Assembly (NCBI GenBank): GCA_041650835.1
Contig: JBAZKL010000002.1
Coordinates: forward strand, 538,435-602,434
Source: Candidatus Omnitrophota bacterium
GTDB taxonomy: Bacteria > Omnitrophota > Gorgyraeia > Gygaellales > Profunditerraquicolaceae
Direction: 5' to 3'
Length of the DNA stretch: 64,000 nucleotides
Shown: positions 1 to 11,767 of the stretch, in pieces
Numbering within the stretch: position 1 is the stretch's first letter
How the letters are laid out: each line of letters opens with the position of its first letter
Translations under genes and position numbers: made by a program
The notes under the pieces: generated by a model
The model's input: only the letters and a program-made list of their open reading frames with translations
What the model was told of the DNA's origin: nothing
The model's database searches: none

Positions 1-103
1 TACCCCTCTTCTCTGAGGGCAGCTCTTAAGCGCCGGTGATTTTGTTTTCTTTCTTTTTGAAATCCTACCGAATCTAATTAATTGTGTTATAGTTGGCATA
101 CGA

Positions 104-3100
104 TTAATCCTTCGACTTTTCCGTGGAAGTTGATTCTTTCTCCGGTGCTGCTTTTACTACGTCAATCTCTCTATGATGCGCGAAACCGGTGCCGGCCGGG
201 ATCAAATGACCGACGATGACGTTCTCTTTCAAACCGAGCAGGTCATCCCGTTTTCCCGCGGTCGCCGCCTCAGTAAGCATCCTCGTCGTTTCCTGGAAGC
301 TGGCAGCGGAAATAAAACTTTCCGTAGTCAAAGAAGCCTTTGTTATACCTAATAATAACGGAGTCGCTTGGGCAGGCTTGCCGCCTTTCTTGATCACACG
401 GTTATTCTCTTTCTGGAACTGCCATTTATCAACCTGTTGCATCGGCAAGAATTCCGTATCACCTGCTTCTTCAACCCTGACCTTCTTCAACATCTGTCTA
501 ATGATTACCTCTATATGTTTATCATTGATATGCACGCCCTGTAACCGGTAAACTTCCTGCACATCATTGACTAAATACTCCTGCAGCACTTTATCACCGC
601 AGACGCGTAAAATATCCTGCAAGACAACCGGTCCGTCAGTCAACTGCTGGCCGGCGATTACCTTATCACCTTTATAGACATTCGGATGCTTTCCGTGAGG
701 GATAATATATTCCCGCGCCATGCCTGTCGGTGATTTGACAATGATAAGCCGCTGGCCTTTCTTCGTCTGGCCGAACTCGACAAACCCGTCGATTTCACTG
801 ATGATCGCCGGATCCTTCGGACGGCGGGCTTCAAACAACTCCGCGACGCGCGGAAGACCGCCGGTAATATCCCTCGTCTTAACGCTCAAGCGCGGGATCT
901 TAGCGATCAGGTCGCCTGCTTCCACCGTCTGCCCGTCTTTGACCAGGATATGCGCTCCCACAGGAATAGGATAGATGCCCATAACATCCTTTTTCTCATC
1001 CAGGATAAGTATCTGCGGATGGAATTCCTGTTTATGCTCAACGACCACATGCTCCGTCAATTTCGTGACCGGATTCAATTCTTCGATTACGGTAACGCCG
1101 TGCTTTAAATCTTCATACTTAACCTGGCCGGTAACTTCGGTAAGGATCGGAGAAGTATACGGGTCCCAATGCACGAACGATACTCCTTTTTCCAATTCGT
1201 CGCCGTCTTTGAAACTGATAAAAGCGCCCTGAGGGATCAAATAGCGTTCAAATTCACGCCCTTCTTTATCATTGATGCTGATAGAAGCATTCCTGTTCAA
1301 GACAACATGCTCTTTGCGTTTCGGGACGACCCTCGCATTATGATATTTGATCAAACCTTTATTCTTAGCTTTGATAAAAGACTGCTCAACGATCCTGGAT
1401 GCCGTACCGCCGATATGAAAAGTACGCAGGGTCAACTGAGTGCCGGGCTCGCCGATGCTCTGCGCGGCGACAACACCTACTGCTTCACCCAATTCGATCA
1501 TTCTTCCGGTCGCTAAATTCCTGCCGTAGCATTTAACGCATACGCCTTTGTCGGATTCACAGGTCAAGACACTGCGGATACGGATCTTCTCAATACCTAA
1601 AGTCTCGATCATCTCGGCTTTTTCTTCAGTGATCTGCTGGCCCTGTTCGACAATCGCGTTATCGGTAATAATATCAACGATGTTATCGAGGGCAACCCTG
1701 CCGATGACCCGTTCGCGTAAGCTCACCACGACTTCATTGCCTTCGGTAATAGCCTGCACCGTGATACCATTGAGCGTGCCGCAATCCTCTTCGTTTATGA
1801 TGATCTCCTGGGCGACGTCGATAAGCCGGCGCGTTAAATAACCTGCGTCAGCGGTCTTTAAGGCCGTGTCAGCAAGACCTTTACGGGCGCCGTGCGTCGA
1901 AAGGAAGTACTCCAAAACCGTCAAACCTTCTTTAAAATTCGCCGTAATAGGGTTCTCGATGATCTCACCCGATGGCTTAGCCATCAAACCGCGCATACCT
2001 GATAACTGGCGCACCTGCAATTTTGAACCGCGCGCGCCCGAATCAGCCATCATAAAGATAGGGTTAAACGGTAACATTTCTTTGAACAGAAAATCCGACA
2101 CTCTATCGGTCGCGTGAGTCCAGATATCGATAACCTTGTTATAACGTTCGCGGTCGGTAATAACGCCTTTGCGGTACTGATCATCGACTTTAGCAACCTC
2201 TTCACGGGCTTCCTTCAAAACTTCCTGTTTGGCATGAGGAATAACCAAGTCGTCGATACCGATTGAAATACCTCCTAAAGTCGCCATTTCGAAGCCGAGT
2301 TTCTTTATATCATCCAATAACTGGATAGTACGCGTATGCCCAAAGCGCTTGTGGCTTTCAGCAACGATATCCCCGACATTGGACTTGTTAAGCTCTTTGC
2401 TCACGAAACCGAAACCTTCCGGCAGGACCTGGTTGAATATAACCCTGCCGACAGTCGTCGTGATCATCTGTTTAGCGGGATACAATTTCTTTTCTTCTAA
2501 ATTAAAGAAGCTCTCCACCCGCAGTTTGACCTTAGCATGGAGTTCAACCACCTTATCTTCATAGGCGCAGATGACCTCTTCAGCATTACTGAAAATCTTA
2601 TTCTCACCCTTGGACCCGGCTCTCTCTTTAGACATATATGAAAGCCCCAGGATGATATCCTGGGTCGAAGTAACAATGGGACGGCCATGAGCGGGCGAGA
2701 AAATATTATTGACGGAAAGCATCAAAACCTTTGATTCCATCTGGGCTTCCAGGGATAGCGGCACATGGACGGCCATCTGGTCCCCGTCGAAATCAGCGTT
2801 AAAACCCGTACAAACCAGGGGATGGATCTTGATCGCTTTACCTTCGGTCAAAACAGGCTGAAAAGCCTGGATACTTAAACGGTGCAGCGTAGGCGCGCGG
2901 TTTAACAATACAGGATGATCCTTGATAACTTCATCCAGGATATCCCAAACTTCGATCTTACCGTGGCCGACCATGCGGCGCGCGCCTTTAATAGTATGCA
3001 CGAACCCTTTTTCTTTCAGCTTCTTAATGATGAACGGCTCAAACAATTCCAGCGCCATCTGTTTCGGCAGGCCGCATTCATGAAGCTTCAGGTCAGGGCC

Positions 3101-4141
3101 GACAACAATGACCGAACGGCCTGAATAATCGACACGCTTACCTAACAAATTCTGTCTGAAACGCCCCTGCTTGCCTTTTAACATATCCGCAAGAGACTTT
3201 AAAGGACGGTTATTCGCTCCGACAACCGGCTTGCCGTGCCTGCCATTGTCCAATAACGCGTCAACGGACTCCTGCAGCATCCGCTTTTCATTTCGGATAA
3301 TGATCTCAGGCGCATTCAATTCTATTAATTTACGTAAACGGTTATTACGGTTAATGACCCTGCGGTATAGATCGTTCAGATCGGAAGTCGCGAATCTTCC
3401 GCCGTCAAGCGGGACGAGCGGCCTTAGATCGGGAGGAATGACCGGCAACACTTCAATGACCATCCACTCCGGCTTATTACCCGATTTCCTGAAATCTTCA
3501 ACGATCTTTAGATTTTTAAGCGTCTTACGGTTAAGCAGGACTTCTTTTGATTTCTCTAAATCCTTACGCAGCTTTCTGCAATATACGTCTAAATCTAATT
3601 CCTTCAGGAGTGTCTGGACCGCGGCGCCCCCAATCTCTGCCTTGAATTTTGAACCGTATTTCTCCAAAGCTTCCTGGTACTTTTCTTCATTTAATAGTTC
3701 TTTCTTCTTTAAGGGGGTCGTACCGGGATCGATAACAATATATTCTTCGTAATAAATGACCTTTTCCATATCCCTCAGGCTCATGTCCATAAGCGCTGCC
3801 AGCCGGCTCGGGACTACCTTGAAGAACCAGATATGCGTGACCGGAGCTGCCAATTCAATATGCCCCATGCGCTCTCTTCTGACAGAAGAACGATCGACCG
3901 TGACCCCGCAACGGTCGCAGGTGATACCTTTGAATTTAATGCCTTTATACTTTCCGCAGTTACACTCATAATCGCGGACCGGCCCGAATATCCTCTCGCA
4001 GAATAAACCGTCTTTTTCCGGCTTTAAAGTACGGTAATTAATGGTCTCCGCTTTCTTAACTTCACCCTTGGACCAGGAACGGATGATCTGCGTCGAGGCA
4101 AGCCTAATCGTTATATTATCAAACAGGATACTTTCTTCCAT
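104..4141 (-). CDS. rpoC: DNA-directed RNA polymerase subunit beta'
   Basis: 1345-aa ORF. It carries the conserved N-terminal zinc-finger region (CNCGKYKG...CDRCGV) and beta' catalytic motifs along its full length. Its start overlaps the rpoB stop at 4141. Confidence 0.97.
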   Translation of the reverse strand: MEESILFDNITIRLASTQIIRSWSKGEVKKAETINYRTLKPEKDGLFCERIFGPVRDYECNCGKYKGIKFKGITCDRCGVTVDRSSVRRERMGHIELAAPVTHIWFFKVVPSRLAALMDMSLRDMEKVIYYEEYIVIDPGTTPLKKKELLNEEKYQEALEKYGSKFKAEIGGAAVQTLLKELDLDVYCRKLRKDLEKSKEVLLNRKTLKNLKIVEDFRKSGNKPEWMVIEVLPVIPPDLRPLVPLDGGRFATSDLNDLYRRVINRNNRLRKLIELNAPEIIIRNEKRMLQESVDALLDNGRHGKPVVGANNRPLKSLADMLKGKQGRFRQNLLGKRVDYSGRSVIVVGPDLKLHECGLPKQMALELFEPFIIKKLKEKGFVHTIKGARRMVGHGKIEVWDILDEVIKDHPVLLNRAPTLHRLSIQAFQPVLTEGKAIKIHPLVCTGFNADFDGDQMAVHVPLSLEAQMESKVLMLSVNNIFSPAHGRPIVTSTQDIILGLSYMSKERAGSKGENKIFSNAEEVICAYEDKVVELHAKVKLRVESFFNLEEKKLYPAKQMITTTVGRVIFNQVLPEGFGFVSKELNKSNVGDIVAESHKRFGHTRTIQLLDDIKKLGFEMATLGGISIGIDDLVIPHAKQEVLKEAREEVAKVDDQYRKGVITDRERYNKVIDIWTHATDRVSDFLFKEMLPFNPIFMMADSGARGSKLQVRQLSGMRGLMAKPSGEIIENPITANFKEGLTVLEYFLSTHGARKGLADTALKTADAGYLTRRLIDVAQEIIINEEDCGTLNGITVQAITEGNEVVVSLRERVIGRVALDNIVDIITDNAIVEQGQQITEEKAEMIETLGIEKIRIRSVLTCESDKGVCVKCYGRNLATGRMIELGEAVGVVAAQSIGEPGTQLTLRTFHIGGTASRIVEQSFIKAKNKGLIKYHNARVVPKRKEHVVLNRNASISINDKEGREFERYLIPQGAFISFKDGDELEKGVSFVHWDPYTSPILTEVTGQVKYEDLKHGVTVIEELNPVTKLTEHVVVEHKQEFHPQILILDEKKDVMGIYPIPVGAHILVKDGQTVEAGDLIAKIPRLSVKTRDITGGLPRVAELFEARRPKDPAIISEIDGFVEFGQTKKGQRLIIVKSPTGMAREYIIPHGKHPNVYKGDKVIAGQQLTDGPVVLQDILRVCGDKVLQEYLVNDVQEVYRLQGVHINDKHIEVIIRQMLKKVRVEEAGDTEFLPMQQVDKWQFQKENNRVIKKGGKPAQATPLLLGITKASLTTESFISAASFQETTRMLTEAATAGKRDDLLGLKENVIVGHLIPAGTGFAHHREIDVVKAAPEKESTSTEKSKD

Positions 4142-7100
4142 TATTTTGCCTTCTCCATACGGATATCTAAACCTAATCCCTGTAACTCTTTGACTAAAAC
4201 GTTAAAAGATTCAGGAGCACCATGGCTTAAACGCTGTTCACCTTTGACAATAGCTTCGTAAATACGCGTCCTTCCTGAAACATCATCACTCTTAACGGTA
4301 AGCATTTCCTGCAGTGTAAACGCCGCCCCATACGCCTCGAGAGCCCAAACTTCCATCTCTCCTAAACGCTGTCCTCCGAACTGGGCCTTACCGCCTAAGG
4401 GCTGCTGAGTAACCAACGAATAGGGGCCGATAGAACGGGCATGGATCTTTTCGTCGGCAAGATGGATCAATTTCATCATGTAGATATATCCCACGGTTAT
4501 CTTCTGGTCAAACGGCTCACCGCTGTAGCCGTCATATAATTGAGTTTTTCCATCTTCGGGCAATCCCGCTTTCTTAAGCATATCTTTAATTTCGCTTTCA
4601 GCCGCGCCGTCGAAAACAGAGCTCATGACCGTAAGCCCTAACGCTTTTGCCGCCCAGCCTAAATGGGTCTCCAGGATCTGTCCGATGTTCATACGGGAAG
4701 GAACGCCCAACGGGTTCAAGACGATCTCAACGGGAGTGCCGTCAGCTAAATAAGGCATATCCTCTTCCGCCATGATACGGGCGACGACCCCTTTGTTCCC
4801 GTGCCGGCCGGATAACTTATCGCCCACGGAAAGCTTGCGCTTTGTGGCAATATAGACCACGACCCTTTTTAATACACCCGGAGGCAGTTCGTCCCCGCGC
4901 TTGACATTATCGATCTCATGCTGCTGTTCAGCCAATAATTCATTCATCTGCTCTTCAAAAGAAGCAGCCATGATCTTCGCTTCTTCATTATCATTGATAC
5001 GGGCACGATCAAGCTTAGATTTATCAATTCCTAAGATCTGGCTTAACCGCACGATACGCTCATTCTCCAGGAATTCGATCTCCTGCTTATAGTAAGCTTT
5101 CAATTCACGGATCTTTGCCAATTCCTTGGTCTTATCCTCTTTTGATTTCCTTCCGCGTTCTTTTCTCTGAAAAATATGAACATCCACCACAACGCCCTCG
5201 ACACCCGGAGGCACGCGTAATGAAGTATCACGGACATCAGAGGCTTTTTCGCCGAATATAGCGCGCAGCAGGCGCTCTTCCGGAGAAAGCTCTGATTCTG
5301 TCTTAGGAGTGACTTTACCCACTATTATATCGCCGGGATTGACTTCCGCGCCGATACGGATAACACCGATGGAATCCAAGTTCTTCAAAGACTCTTCGCT
5401 CACATTAGGGATATCGCGGGTAACTTCTTCATTTCCCAGCCGGGTTTCTGTTGCTTCGATCTCGAACTCTTTTATATGAATAGAGGTGAAAACATCCTCT
5501 TTAACGATCTTTTCGCTGATCAAAATAGCGTCTTCAAAGTTGTAGCCTCTCCACGTCATGAACGCTACCAGTAAATTTTTTCCTAACGCCAACTCCCCGT
5601 CTTTGGTCGCAATACCATCAGCGATGACCTGTCCTTTTTCAATATGTTCGCCTAATTTCACTATCGGCCGCTGATTTAAACACGTATCGGCGTTTGTACG
5701 AAGGAATTTCTTAAGCGGATAAACTCTTTTCCCGACAGTAATCGATAAACCGTCAACCGCGGTGACCTTACCGGAATCTTCAGAGACAACAACCGCGCCT
5801 GAATCATAAGCGACTTTTCGTTCCATCCCGGTACCCACAACCGGAGGATCAGTGATCATTAACGGCACTGCCTGACGCTGCATATTCGAACCCATCAACG
5901 CGCGGTTAGCGTCATCATGCTCCAAGAAAGGGATCAGGGACGCGGCAACCGAAACCAGCTGACGGGGAGAAACATCCATATATTCGACCTGCTTCGGATG
6001 CACTTTCGGAAAATCGCCTTTAAACCTGCAGGAAGCTTCTTTTTCGCTGAAATTACTATCAGCATCTATAGGCACATTTGCCTGCGCGATCATCTTTTCT
6101 TCTTCAATATCGGCGGTCAAATAATCTATCTTACGGGTAACATGGGAATTCTCAACTTTTCTATACGGAGTTTCCAGGAAACCCAACGCGTTTACCCGCG
6201 CATAGGTGCTCATGGAAGAGATCAGACCGATGTTCGGGCCTTCAGGGGTCTCGATGGGACATATCCTGCCATAATGAGACGGATGGATATCGCGGACTTC
6301 AAATCCAGCGCGTTCCCTCGATAAACCGCCGGGGCCGACAGCGCTTAAACGCCGCTTATGCGTCATTTCCGCCAGAGGATTAACCTGGTCCATGAACTGC
6401 GATAACTGGCTGCGGGCAAAAAAATCATGCAACTGTATGGAAAATAATTTTGAATTGATAAAGGAATGGACATTGAGGACCGCTAAATCACCCATCACGC
6501 TCAACCTCTCTCGAATGGAGCGTTCCACTCTGCTCATGCCGATACGGACCTGATTCTGGACCAATTCTCCGACAGTCTTAATACGGCGGTTGCCCAGATG
6601 GTCGATATCATCGATCTTGCCGATGCCTTCTTTAAGCCTGATCAAATATTCAATAACTTTAATGACGGTCGCAGAGTCAAGCACGGTCTTTTCTAATGAA
6701 ACATCCATGCCCAGCTTCCTATTAAGGATGAACCGCCCGGAATTCAATAAGTCGTAACGGTTCGGATCAAAGAATAATTTATAGAACAACCCTTCGGAAG
6801 CCTCCTTGGTAACCGGCTCGGTAGGGCGCATTTTACGGTAAAAATCAAGATATGCTTCTTCTTTATTCTTGGTAAAGTCTTTCTTTAAGGTATTTTGTAT
6901 TTCGGGATAATCCTTACCGAAGGCCTTGGAGATCTCTTCTTCGGTGGAGAAGCCCAGGATCCTCAGGATCTGGGTAGCGGGAAAATTCTTGCGCCTGTCG
7001 ACATACGCGATGATCGTCTCCGATAAATCGTATTTGAATTCCAGCCACGCGCCGCGGTACGGAATGATCCTCCCGTAGAAGATCTTTTTACCGGTCGGAT

Positions 7101-7545
7101 GCTCCTCTTCTTCGAAAGAAACACCCGGCGAACGCTGCAGCTGGCTGACCACAACGCGCTCGTCGCCATTAACAATAAAACTTCCCGTTTCAGTCATCAG
7201 CGGTATTTCGCCGAAATACGCATCCTGCTCTTTGGTTTCATGAGGAGTGGTAAGCCTGAATTTAACCTTCAGGGGAGCCGCGTAGGTCAATGAGCGTTTT
7301 TTGGAATCCCCAATATTATATTTCGATTTTCCGAGCGTGTAGCTGACAAATTCAAGACGGATCGAACGTTCAGGGCTTTCGATAGGAAATACATCTTCAA
7401 AGACTTCCTGCAATCCGATATGCTGCCTCTGATTAGGGGCAACATCCATCTGCAGGAATTCCTTGTAGGATACCGTCTGGATATCCAGCAAGTTCGGCAT
7501 TTCGACAACTTCTTTAAATTTTGCAAAGTTCTTTCGCTTAATCAT
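4141..7545 (-). CDS. rpoB: DNA-directed RNA polymerase subunit beta
   Basis: 1134-aa ORF with the typical beta N-terminus ([15 protein letters not shown]), the rifampicin-region block and C-terminal beta motifs. It lies in the canonical rplL-rpoB-rpoC order. Confidence 0.97.
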   Translation of the reverse strand: MIKRKNFAKFKEVVEMPNLLDIQTVSYKEFLQMDVAPNQRQHIGLQEVFEDVFPIESPERSIRLEFVSYTLGKSKYNIGDSKKRSLTYAAPLKVKFRLTTPHETKEQDAYFGEIPLMTETGSFIVNGDERVVVSQLQRSPGVSFEEEEHPTGKKIFYGRIIPYRGAWLEFKYDLSETIIAYVDRRKNFPATQILRILGFSTEEEISKAFGKDYPEIQNTLKKDFTKNKEEAYLDFYRKMRPTEPVTKEASEGLFYKLFFDPNRYDLLNSGRFILNRKLGMDVSLEKTVLDSATVIKVIEYLIRLKEGIGKIDDIDHLGNRRIKTVGELVQNQVRIGMSRVERSIRERLSVMGDLAVLNVHSFINSKLFSIQLHDFFARSQLSQFMDQVNPLAEMTHKRRLSAVGPGGLSRERAGFEVRDIHPSHYGRICPIETPEGPNIGLISSMSTYARVNALGFLETPYRKVENSHVTRKIDYLTADIEEEKMIAQANVPIDADSNFSEKEASCRFKGDFPKVHPKQVEYMDVSPRQLVSVAASLIPFLEHDDANRALMGSNMQRQAVPLMITDPPVVGTGMERKVAYDSGAVVVSEDSGKVTAVDGLSITVGKRVYPLKKFLRTNADTCLNQRPIVKLGEHIEKGQVIADGIATKDGELALGKNLLVAFMTWRGYNFEDAILISEKIVKEDVFTSIHIKEFEIEATETRLGNEEVTRDIPNVSEESLKNLDSIGVIRIGAEVNPGDIIVGKVTPKTESELSPEERLLRAIFGEKASDVRDTSLRVPPGVEGVVVDVHIFQRKERGRKSKEDKTKELAKIRELKAYYKQEIEFLENERIVRLSQILGIDKSKLDRARINDNEEAKIMAASFEEQMNELLAEQQHEIDNVKRGDELPPGVLKRVVVYIATKRKLSVGDKLSGRHGNKGVVARIMAEEDMPYLADGTPVEIVLNPLGVPSRMNIGQILETHLGWAAKALGLTVMSSVFDGAAESEIKDMLKKAGLPEDGKTQLYDGYSGEPFDQKITVGYIYMMKLIHLADEKIHARSIGPYSLVTQQPLGGKAQFGGQRLGEMEVWALEAYGAAFTLQEMLTVKSDDVSGRTRIYEAIVKGEQRLSHGAPESFNVLVKELQGLGLDIRMEKAK

Positions 7546-7628
7546 CGACTCTTTTTCTTTCTGGGAACTTCCCTGGTGGATTAAATCCGCTTCTTATCGG
7601 ATCTCTAACCTAAGCGGAAAAGCGGCTC

Positions 7629-8015
7629 TTATTTCAATTCAACCGTCGCGCCTGCTGCTTCAAGCTTCTTCTTCATCTCTTCAGCTTCTTCTTTCGCAAC
7701 ACCGTCTTTAACCGCTTTCGGGGCAGCATCTACTAGATCTTTTGCTTCCTTTAAACCAAGACTGGTGATCGCGCGGACTTCTTTGATAACGGCTATCCTG
7801 TTGGAACCGGCATTCGCTATTACAACGCTGAACACCGTTTTCTCTTCAACCGCAGGAGCAGCGCCCGCCGCTGCTACGCCGGCCATAGGAGCAGCCATCA
7901 TCGGCATATTTGCCGAAACACCGAACTTTTCTTCCAAAGCCTTCACCAGATCAGAAAGCTCAAGCACCGTCATTTCTTCAATCGATTTGATCATTTCTTC
8001 CATTTTCACGCTCAT
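7629..8015 (-). CDS. rplL: 50S ribosomal protein L7/L12
   Basis: 128 aa with the Ala/Gly-rich hinge ([19 protein letters not shown]) and a conserved C-terminal domain ending ...[13 protein letters not shown]. Confidence 0.93.
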   Translation of the reverse strand: MSVKMEEMIKSIEEMTVLELSDLVKALEEKFGVSANMPMMAAPMAGVAAAGAAPAVEEKTVFSVVIANAGSNRIAVIKEVRAITSLGLKEAKDLVDAAPKAVKDGVAKEEAEEMKKKLEAAGATVELK

Positions 8016-8075
8016 TTTTTCCTCCTTTAAATTTTTAATTTAATAATTGTTCAATCTATATACGAAACGATGACG

Positions 8076-8603
8076 TTAACTGCCTTTTTTATTCTTTATT
8101 TGGTCCAAACAATACACGAACTTCTTTAAAGTCTGGCTTAAGACCATAACCACGCCGTTAATAGGAGATTTCAACGCTCCCACCACCTGCGCGCGCAATA
8201 CGTCTATCGAAGGCAATTTCGCAAGCGCCTCAATATCTTTTTTATCCAGGATCCTCTCCTGCAAGAAACCGCCTTCCAGCTTTAAAGGCTCATGATCCTT
8301 GGTAAAATCGCATAGAATCTTCGAAACACTCACCGGCTCTTCTTTTACAAAAACAAACCCGCACGGCCCGTCGATCGTCTTAACCAGGTCCTGCCGGTTA
8401 CATTCTTTTAAAGCGCGCCGGGCAATGGTATTCCTGACCACGAACAAAGAAGCGCCCGCCTTATGCAGCGTCTGCCTCAATGAACAGATATCAGGGCTGG
8501 ATAATCCGGAATATTTGATCACGAAAACACTTTCCGAATCTTTAATATTCTGCTTAATACTGCTTTCCGAGATTTCTTTTACTAAAAGGCCTAACTTTTT
8601 CAT
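8076..8603 (-). CDS. rplJ: 50S ribosomal protein L10
   Basis: L10-like sequence lying between rplA and rplL. The called ORF runs to 8657 and overlaps rplA. The internal ATG at about 8603 (MKKLGLLVKEI...) is the more plausible start, and a GAAGGA sequence sits upstream of it. Confidence 0.88.
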   Translation of the reverse strand: MKKLGLLVKEISESSIKQNIKDSESVFVIKYSGLSSPDICSLRQTLHKAGASLFVVRNTIARRALKECNRQDLVKTIDGPCGFVFVKEEPVSVSKILCDFTKDHEPLKLEGGFLQERILDKKDIEALAKLPSIDVLRAQVVGALKSPINGVVMVLSQTLKKFVYCLDQIKNKKGS

Positions 8604-8611
8604 ACCGTCAT

Positions 8612-9295
8612 TTATCCTTCGATCATAAGCCCGGGATTCATCGATGAAGAAAGGCAAACTCCTTTGACGAATTTGCCTTTTACTGACGCCGGCTTTGCTT
8701 CATTAATAGCATTGATAACACACGTGGCATTCTCCAGCAGCTTATCCTCACTAAAAGAAACCTTGCCCACGGAGAGGTGAATGCCACCCTGTTTATCCAC
8801 GCGAAATTCAACCTTACCTTTTTTCACATCTTCAATCGCTTTTTTAATATCATTGGTGACCGTCCCCGTTTTCGGGCTGGGCATAAGGCCGCGGGGCCCT
8901 AACACCTTGCCTAAACGGCTTAAATCCTTCATCATCTCAGGGGACGCAATAACGCAATCGAAATCTAAGAACCCTCCGAAGACCTTATCAATAAGGTCAT
9001 TAGAACCGATATACTCCGCCTTGGCTTCTTGAGCCTGCTTTTCATGTTCTCCCTTGCAGAAAACCGCCACACGCACGGTTCTTCCTGTACCAAAAGGAAG
9101 GACAACGGTACCGCGGACCATCTGGTCTGATTTTTTTGAATCGACATTCAAGCTAAAATGAAGGTCAACCGAAGCGTCGAACTTCGGGGCAGGAAGCTTT
9201 TTTAACATTGCGATAGCTTCTTGTAACGGATAAATCTTATCCTTATCTACTACCTGTTTTGCCGCTTCTGTATAACGTTTGCTATGTTTTTTCAT
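8612..9295 (-). CDS. rplA: 50S ribosomal protein L1
   Basis: 227-aa ORF with L1-family sequence throughout. It sits between rplK and rplJ. Confidence 0.93.
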   Translation of the reverse strand: MKKHSKRYTEAAKQVVDKDKIYPLQEAIAMLKKLPAPKFDASVDLHFSLNVDSKKSDQMVRGTVVLPFGTGRTVRVAVFCKGEHEKQAQEAKAEYIGSNDLIDKVFGGFLDFDCVIASPEMMKDLSRLGKVLGPRGLMPSPKTGTVTNDIKKAIEDVKKGKVEFRVDKQGGIHLSVGKVSFSEDKLLENATCVINAINEAKPASVKGKFVKGVCLSSSMNPGLMIEG

Positions 9296-9296
9296 T

Positions 9297-9722
9297 TTAA
9301 TCTTCTATTACAATCCCCATACTCCTGGCAGTGCCGTGGATCGTCTTCATTGCCTGCGATAGATCAGAAGTATTCAGATCGCTTGCTTTTAGTTTTGCGA
9401 TTTCTTCTACCTGTTTCCTGGTTACTTTACCGATAATTTCTTTCCCGCTGATACCTGATGCTTTTGCAAGATTTGCCGCGCGTTTGAGCAAGATCGATGA
9501 GGGCGGGCTCTTTATAATAAAGGTAAAAGACCTGTCCTCATACACACTGATAACCACTGGCAGGATCAAGCCGTCTCTTCCCTTGGTCTGTTCGTTAAAC
9601 TGCTTGCAAAATTGCATAATATTGACTCCATGCTGCCCCAACGCAGGGCCGACCGGAGGTGCCGGATTTGCCGCGCCGGCGGGAACATGAAGCTTGATCT
9701 GTGCGTTTACTTTCTTAGCCAT
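9297..9722 (-). CDS. rplK: 50S ribosomal protein L11
   Basis: 141 aa with the conserved L11 N-terminal block ([27 protein letters not shown]). It is adjacent to nusG. Confidence 0.93.
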   Translation of the reverse strand: MAKKVNAQIKLHVPAGAANPAPPVGPALGQHGVNIMQFCKQFNEQTKGRDGLILPVVISVYEDRSFTFIIKSPPSSILLKRAANLAKASGISGKEIIGKVTRKQVEEIAKLKASDLNTSDLSQAMKTIHGTARSMGIVIED

Positions 9723-9724
9723 AC

Positions 9725-10291
9725 CTACACCTTTTCAACTTGCCAATATTCCAACTCCACAGGAGTAGACCTGCCGAATATTGAAATATTGACCTTTAAT
9801 CTTCCTTTTTCAGGATGAATTTCTTCTATGCTTCCGTTAAAGTTCATGAACGGGCCTTCTTTAACCCTGACCTGCTCGCCTTTTTCGAAAATGATCCGGG
9901 GGCTCGGTTTTGTCCTGGTCTCTTCGGTACGCTTGAGTATCTCGACAACCTCTTTCTGCGGAAGCGGCATCGGCTTCTTGCCGGAACCGATAAATCCCGT
10001 CACTCCGGGAATTCCCTTTATAAAAGAGTATGTCTTTTCCTCCATCTCCATTTCAACAAGAAGATATCCGGGGAAAAACCTTCTTTGGGATATGCGTTTT
10101 TTCCCGCCGCGAACCTCAGAAACCTGTTCCGTAGGGATAATGATCTTGGTTATCTGGTCCTGAAGGCCATACGCAGGTATGCGTGTTTGCAATATTAATT
10201 TAACCTTATCTTCTGAACCTGTCTGCGTATGCACTACGTACCAATTCTTCACCAGCAAAGCCTCACGATCCATCGTATTACTTAAAAACAA
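9725..10291 (-). CDS. nusG: transcription termination/antitermination factor NusG
   Basis: An NGN domain ([16 protein letters not shown]) followed by a C-terminal KOW domain. The true start may be the ATG at about 10273 (MDREALL...), which would remove the overlap with secE. Confidence 0.9.
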   Translation of the reverse strand: MFLSNTMDREALLVKNWYVVHTQTGSEDKVKLILQTRIPAYGLQDQITKIIIPTEQVSEVRGGKKRISQRRFFPGYLLVEMEMEEKTYSFIKGIPGVTGFIGSGKKPMPLPQKEVVEILKRTEETRTKPSPRIIFEKGEQVRVKEGPFMNFNGSIEEIHPEKGRLKVNISIFGRSTPVELEYWQVEKV

Positions 10292-10469
10292 TACTTAACA
10301 TTTTTGAAAGAAACAGATCTATCGACCCGATGAAAACAGCCATAAGAGAGGTTACTACAATGACAACAGAAGTAGCTCCGATCAATTCCTGGCGGGTGGA
10401 CCAAGAAACTTTCGTCAATTCCACTTTAACTTCATTTATGAAATTCCTGGTCTGTTTTATAATATTCAT
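10278..10469 (-). CDS. secE: preprotein translocase subunit SecE
   Basis: 63 aa with a single C-terminal TM helix. It lies immediately upstream of nusG, as in the conserved secE-nusG arrangement. Confidence 0.8.
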   Translation of the reverse strand: MNIIKQTRNFINEVKVELTKVSWSTRQELIGATSVVIVVTSLMAVFIGSIDLFLSKMLSIVFK

Positions 10470-10517
10470 AATGAGTCAGTTCCTTACCTTATATCCTTAT
10501 ACCCACACGCTTTTTTA

Positions 10518-10588
10518 CAGGAGCGGCAGGGCTCGAACCTGCAGTCACGGTTTTGGAGACCGTTGGTTTGCCATTAACCGACGCTCCT
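10518..10588 (-). tRNA. trnW: tRNA-Trp (anticodon CCA)
   Basis: The reverse complement folds as a cloverleaf with a 7-bp acceptor stem AGGAGCG/CGCUCCU, the anticodon loop CUCCAAA and T-arm GGTTCGAGCCC. It lies between rpmG and secE as in many bacteria. CCA is not encoded. Coordinates are accurate to about 2 nt. Confidence 0.8.
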
Positions 10589-10630
10589 ATTTCCATGAAC
10601 CAATCGCAAAAGAACGAATACCTCTTCCGC

Positions 10631-10780
10631 TTACTTAATTTCCTTATGCGGAGTATGCTTACGACAATGCTTGCAGAATTTCTTGATCTCCAGCTTATCC
10701 TGATGCTGTTTCTTATTCTTTGTTGTCGTATAATTCCTGTTTTTACAGACAGTACATTCTAACGTGATAATTTCGCGCAT
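10631..10780 (-). CDS. rpmG: 50S ribosomal protein L33
   Basis: 49-aa ORF missing from the ORF track because it is under 60 aa. Manual translation gives [49 protein letters not shown], a typical L33. Confidence 0.8.
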   Translation of the reverse strand: MREIITLECTVCKNRNYTTTKNKKQHQDKLEIKKFCKHCRKHTPHKEIK

Positions 10781-10816
10781 GATTTCTTCTTATATTTTCC
10801 GAGTCTTGGATTTTTA

Positions 10817-10889
10817 AGCTGGAGACGGGAATCGAACCCGTGACCCCGTCCTTACCAAGGACGTGCTCTGCCGACTGAGCTACTCCAGC
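10817..10889 (-). tRNA. trnT: tRNA-Thr (anticodon GGU)
   Basis: The reverse complement reads GCTGGAGTAGCTCAGTCGGCAGAGCACGTCCTTGGTAAGGACGGGGTCACGGGTTCGATTCCCGTCTCCAGC. It has a perfect 7-bp acceptor stem and the anticodon GGT. Coordinates are accurate to about 2 nt. Confidence 0.8.
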
Positions 10890-11130
10890 GTCATTTCGTC
10901 GGCACAGCATTTACGATTGAATTGATAGGATAAAAAATCCCCTATCAGAATTTTTCACGATTCCTTATTTGTTTTCCCTGCCTATGTGTAATTATAAAAT
11001 TACTGTAGAGAGGTTATTATAATTACATGGAAAAAAAAGTATACAACAAAATAAATGTTTTGTCAAATACTTTTTTAATTTTTTAATTTCATTAGGAAAG
11101 TATGAACCGAAGTAGATAGTATACTCAAAT

Positions 11131-11160
11131 AAATCATCTTGTCAATGATTTATTTTATTT
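11131..11160 (-). terminator. AT-rich hairpin downstream of gspM-like gene (possible terminator)
   Basis: AAATCAT-CTTGTCA-ATGATTT forms a 7-bp stem. It lies 20–45 nt beyond the 11177 stop and is followed by U-rich sequence on the minus strand. The signal is weak. Confidence 0.3.
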
Positions 11161-11176
11161 TCTACCAAGGGGGCTT

Positions 11177-11767
11177 TTATTGGATGACCGTTTTAAATAT
11201 GGTCATGGTGCATTTCGCAACGCTGGAATCCTGATTCTTCGGGCTGACCTGGTACTTCTGGATGGTCAAAAGTTTGCTTGAACTTTCAACGGCATACATA
11301 AAATCGATCAATTTATCCATTGCCGATTCAATATTTACCGTCACCATATACTTAACGCAGGAACCGATATTCTTGGCGCCGGCAGGCTTCATGTCAATAA
11401 GATATACCGAACTCTTGCTTGCCAGGACTTCGATCTCTTTTAAGAGCAGCGTAACTTGTTCTTCTTCCGATTGAGCGCCCCCTATATAGGAAGCATACTG
11501 CAGGATCTCAGCGGTTATCCGGTTCTTCAACCCCAGGACATGCAAAGAATTCTTAATTTCTTTTTCTTTTTTCTGTATATCTGAATCAAGCGATTTCATT
11601 TTTGAGAGGAACGGCGAAAAGATCCCCCGGTCCATAACGGTAATTGAAAGCACCGCGACAGCCGCGTATAAAGCCATCTTTTCCCGCTTTGATAAACGGG
11701 CGAGAATTTTACGGATTTCATCAAGCTTAGGGATCTTTATCATCTTTTCTACCGTTCTAATAAACAA
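11177..11767 (-). CDS. GspM/PilO-like inner-membrane assembly protein
   Basis: 196 aa with an N-terminal TM helix, a coiled coil and a C-terminal alpha/beta domain. It is the last gene of the pseudopilin and GspL-like run, where gspM would sit. Confidence 0.5.
   Translation of the reverse strand: MFIRTVEKMIKIPKLDEIRKILARLSKREKMALYAAVAVLSITVMDRGIFSPFLSKMKSLDSDIQKKEKEIKNSLHVLGLKNRITAEILQYASYIGGAQSEEEQVTLLLKEIEVLASKSSVYLIDMKPAGAKNIGSCVKYMVTVNIESAMDKLIDFMYAVESSSKLLTIQKYQVSPKNQDSSVAKCTMTIFKTVIQ

Noticed and set aside
1-103. Terminator downstream of rpoC at the window edge
   Set aside because: Only a short 5-bp stem (CCCTC/GAGGG) is present, without a U-tract on the transcribed strand, and the region is truncated by the window boundary.
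216-7526. Many 60–220-aa plus-strand ORFs inside rpoC and rpoB, and many more inside the giant gene
   Set aside because: They lie antisense to long, clearly conserved minus-strand genes. They have low-complexity or Ser/Pro/Arg-rich composition typical of antisense frames, and they lack homology signatures.
8604-8657. ORF-caller overlaps between rplJ and rplA (46 nt), atpF and atpE (56 nt, TTG start) and nusG and secE (14 nt)
   Set aside because: These are most simply explained by the ORF track extending to the first upstream in-frame start. Internal ATG codons restore the normal compact, non-overlapping arrangement.
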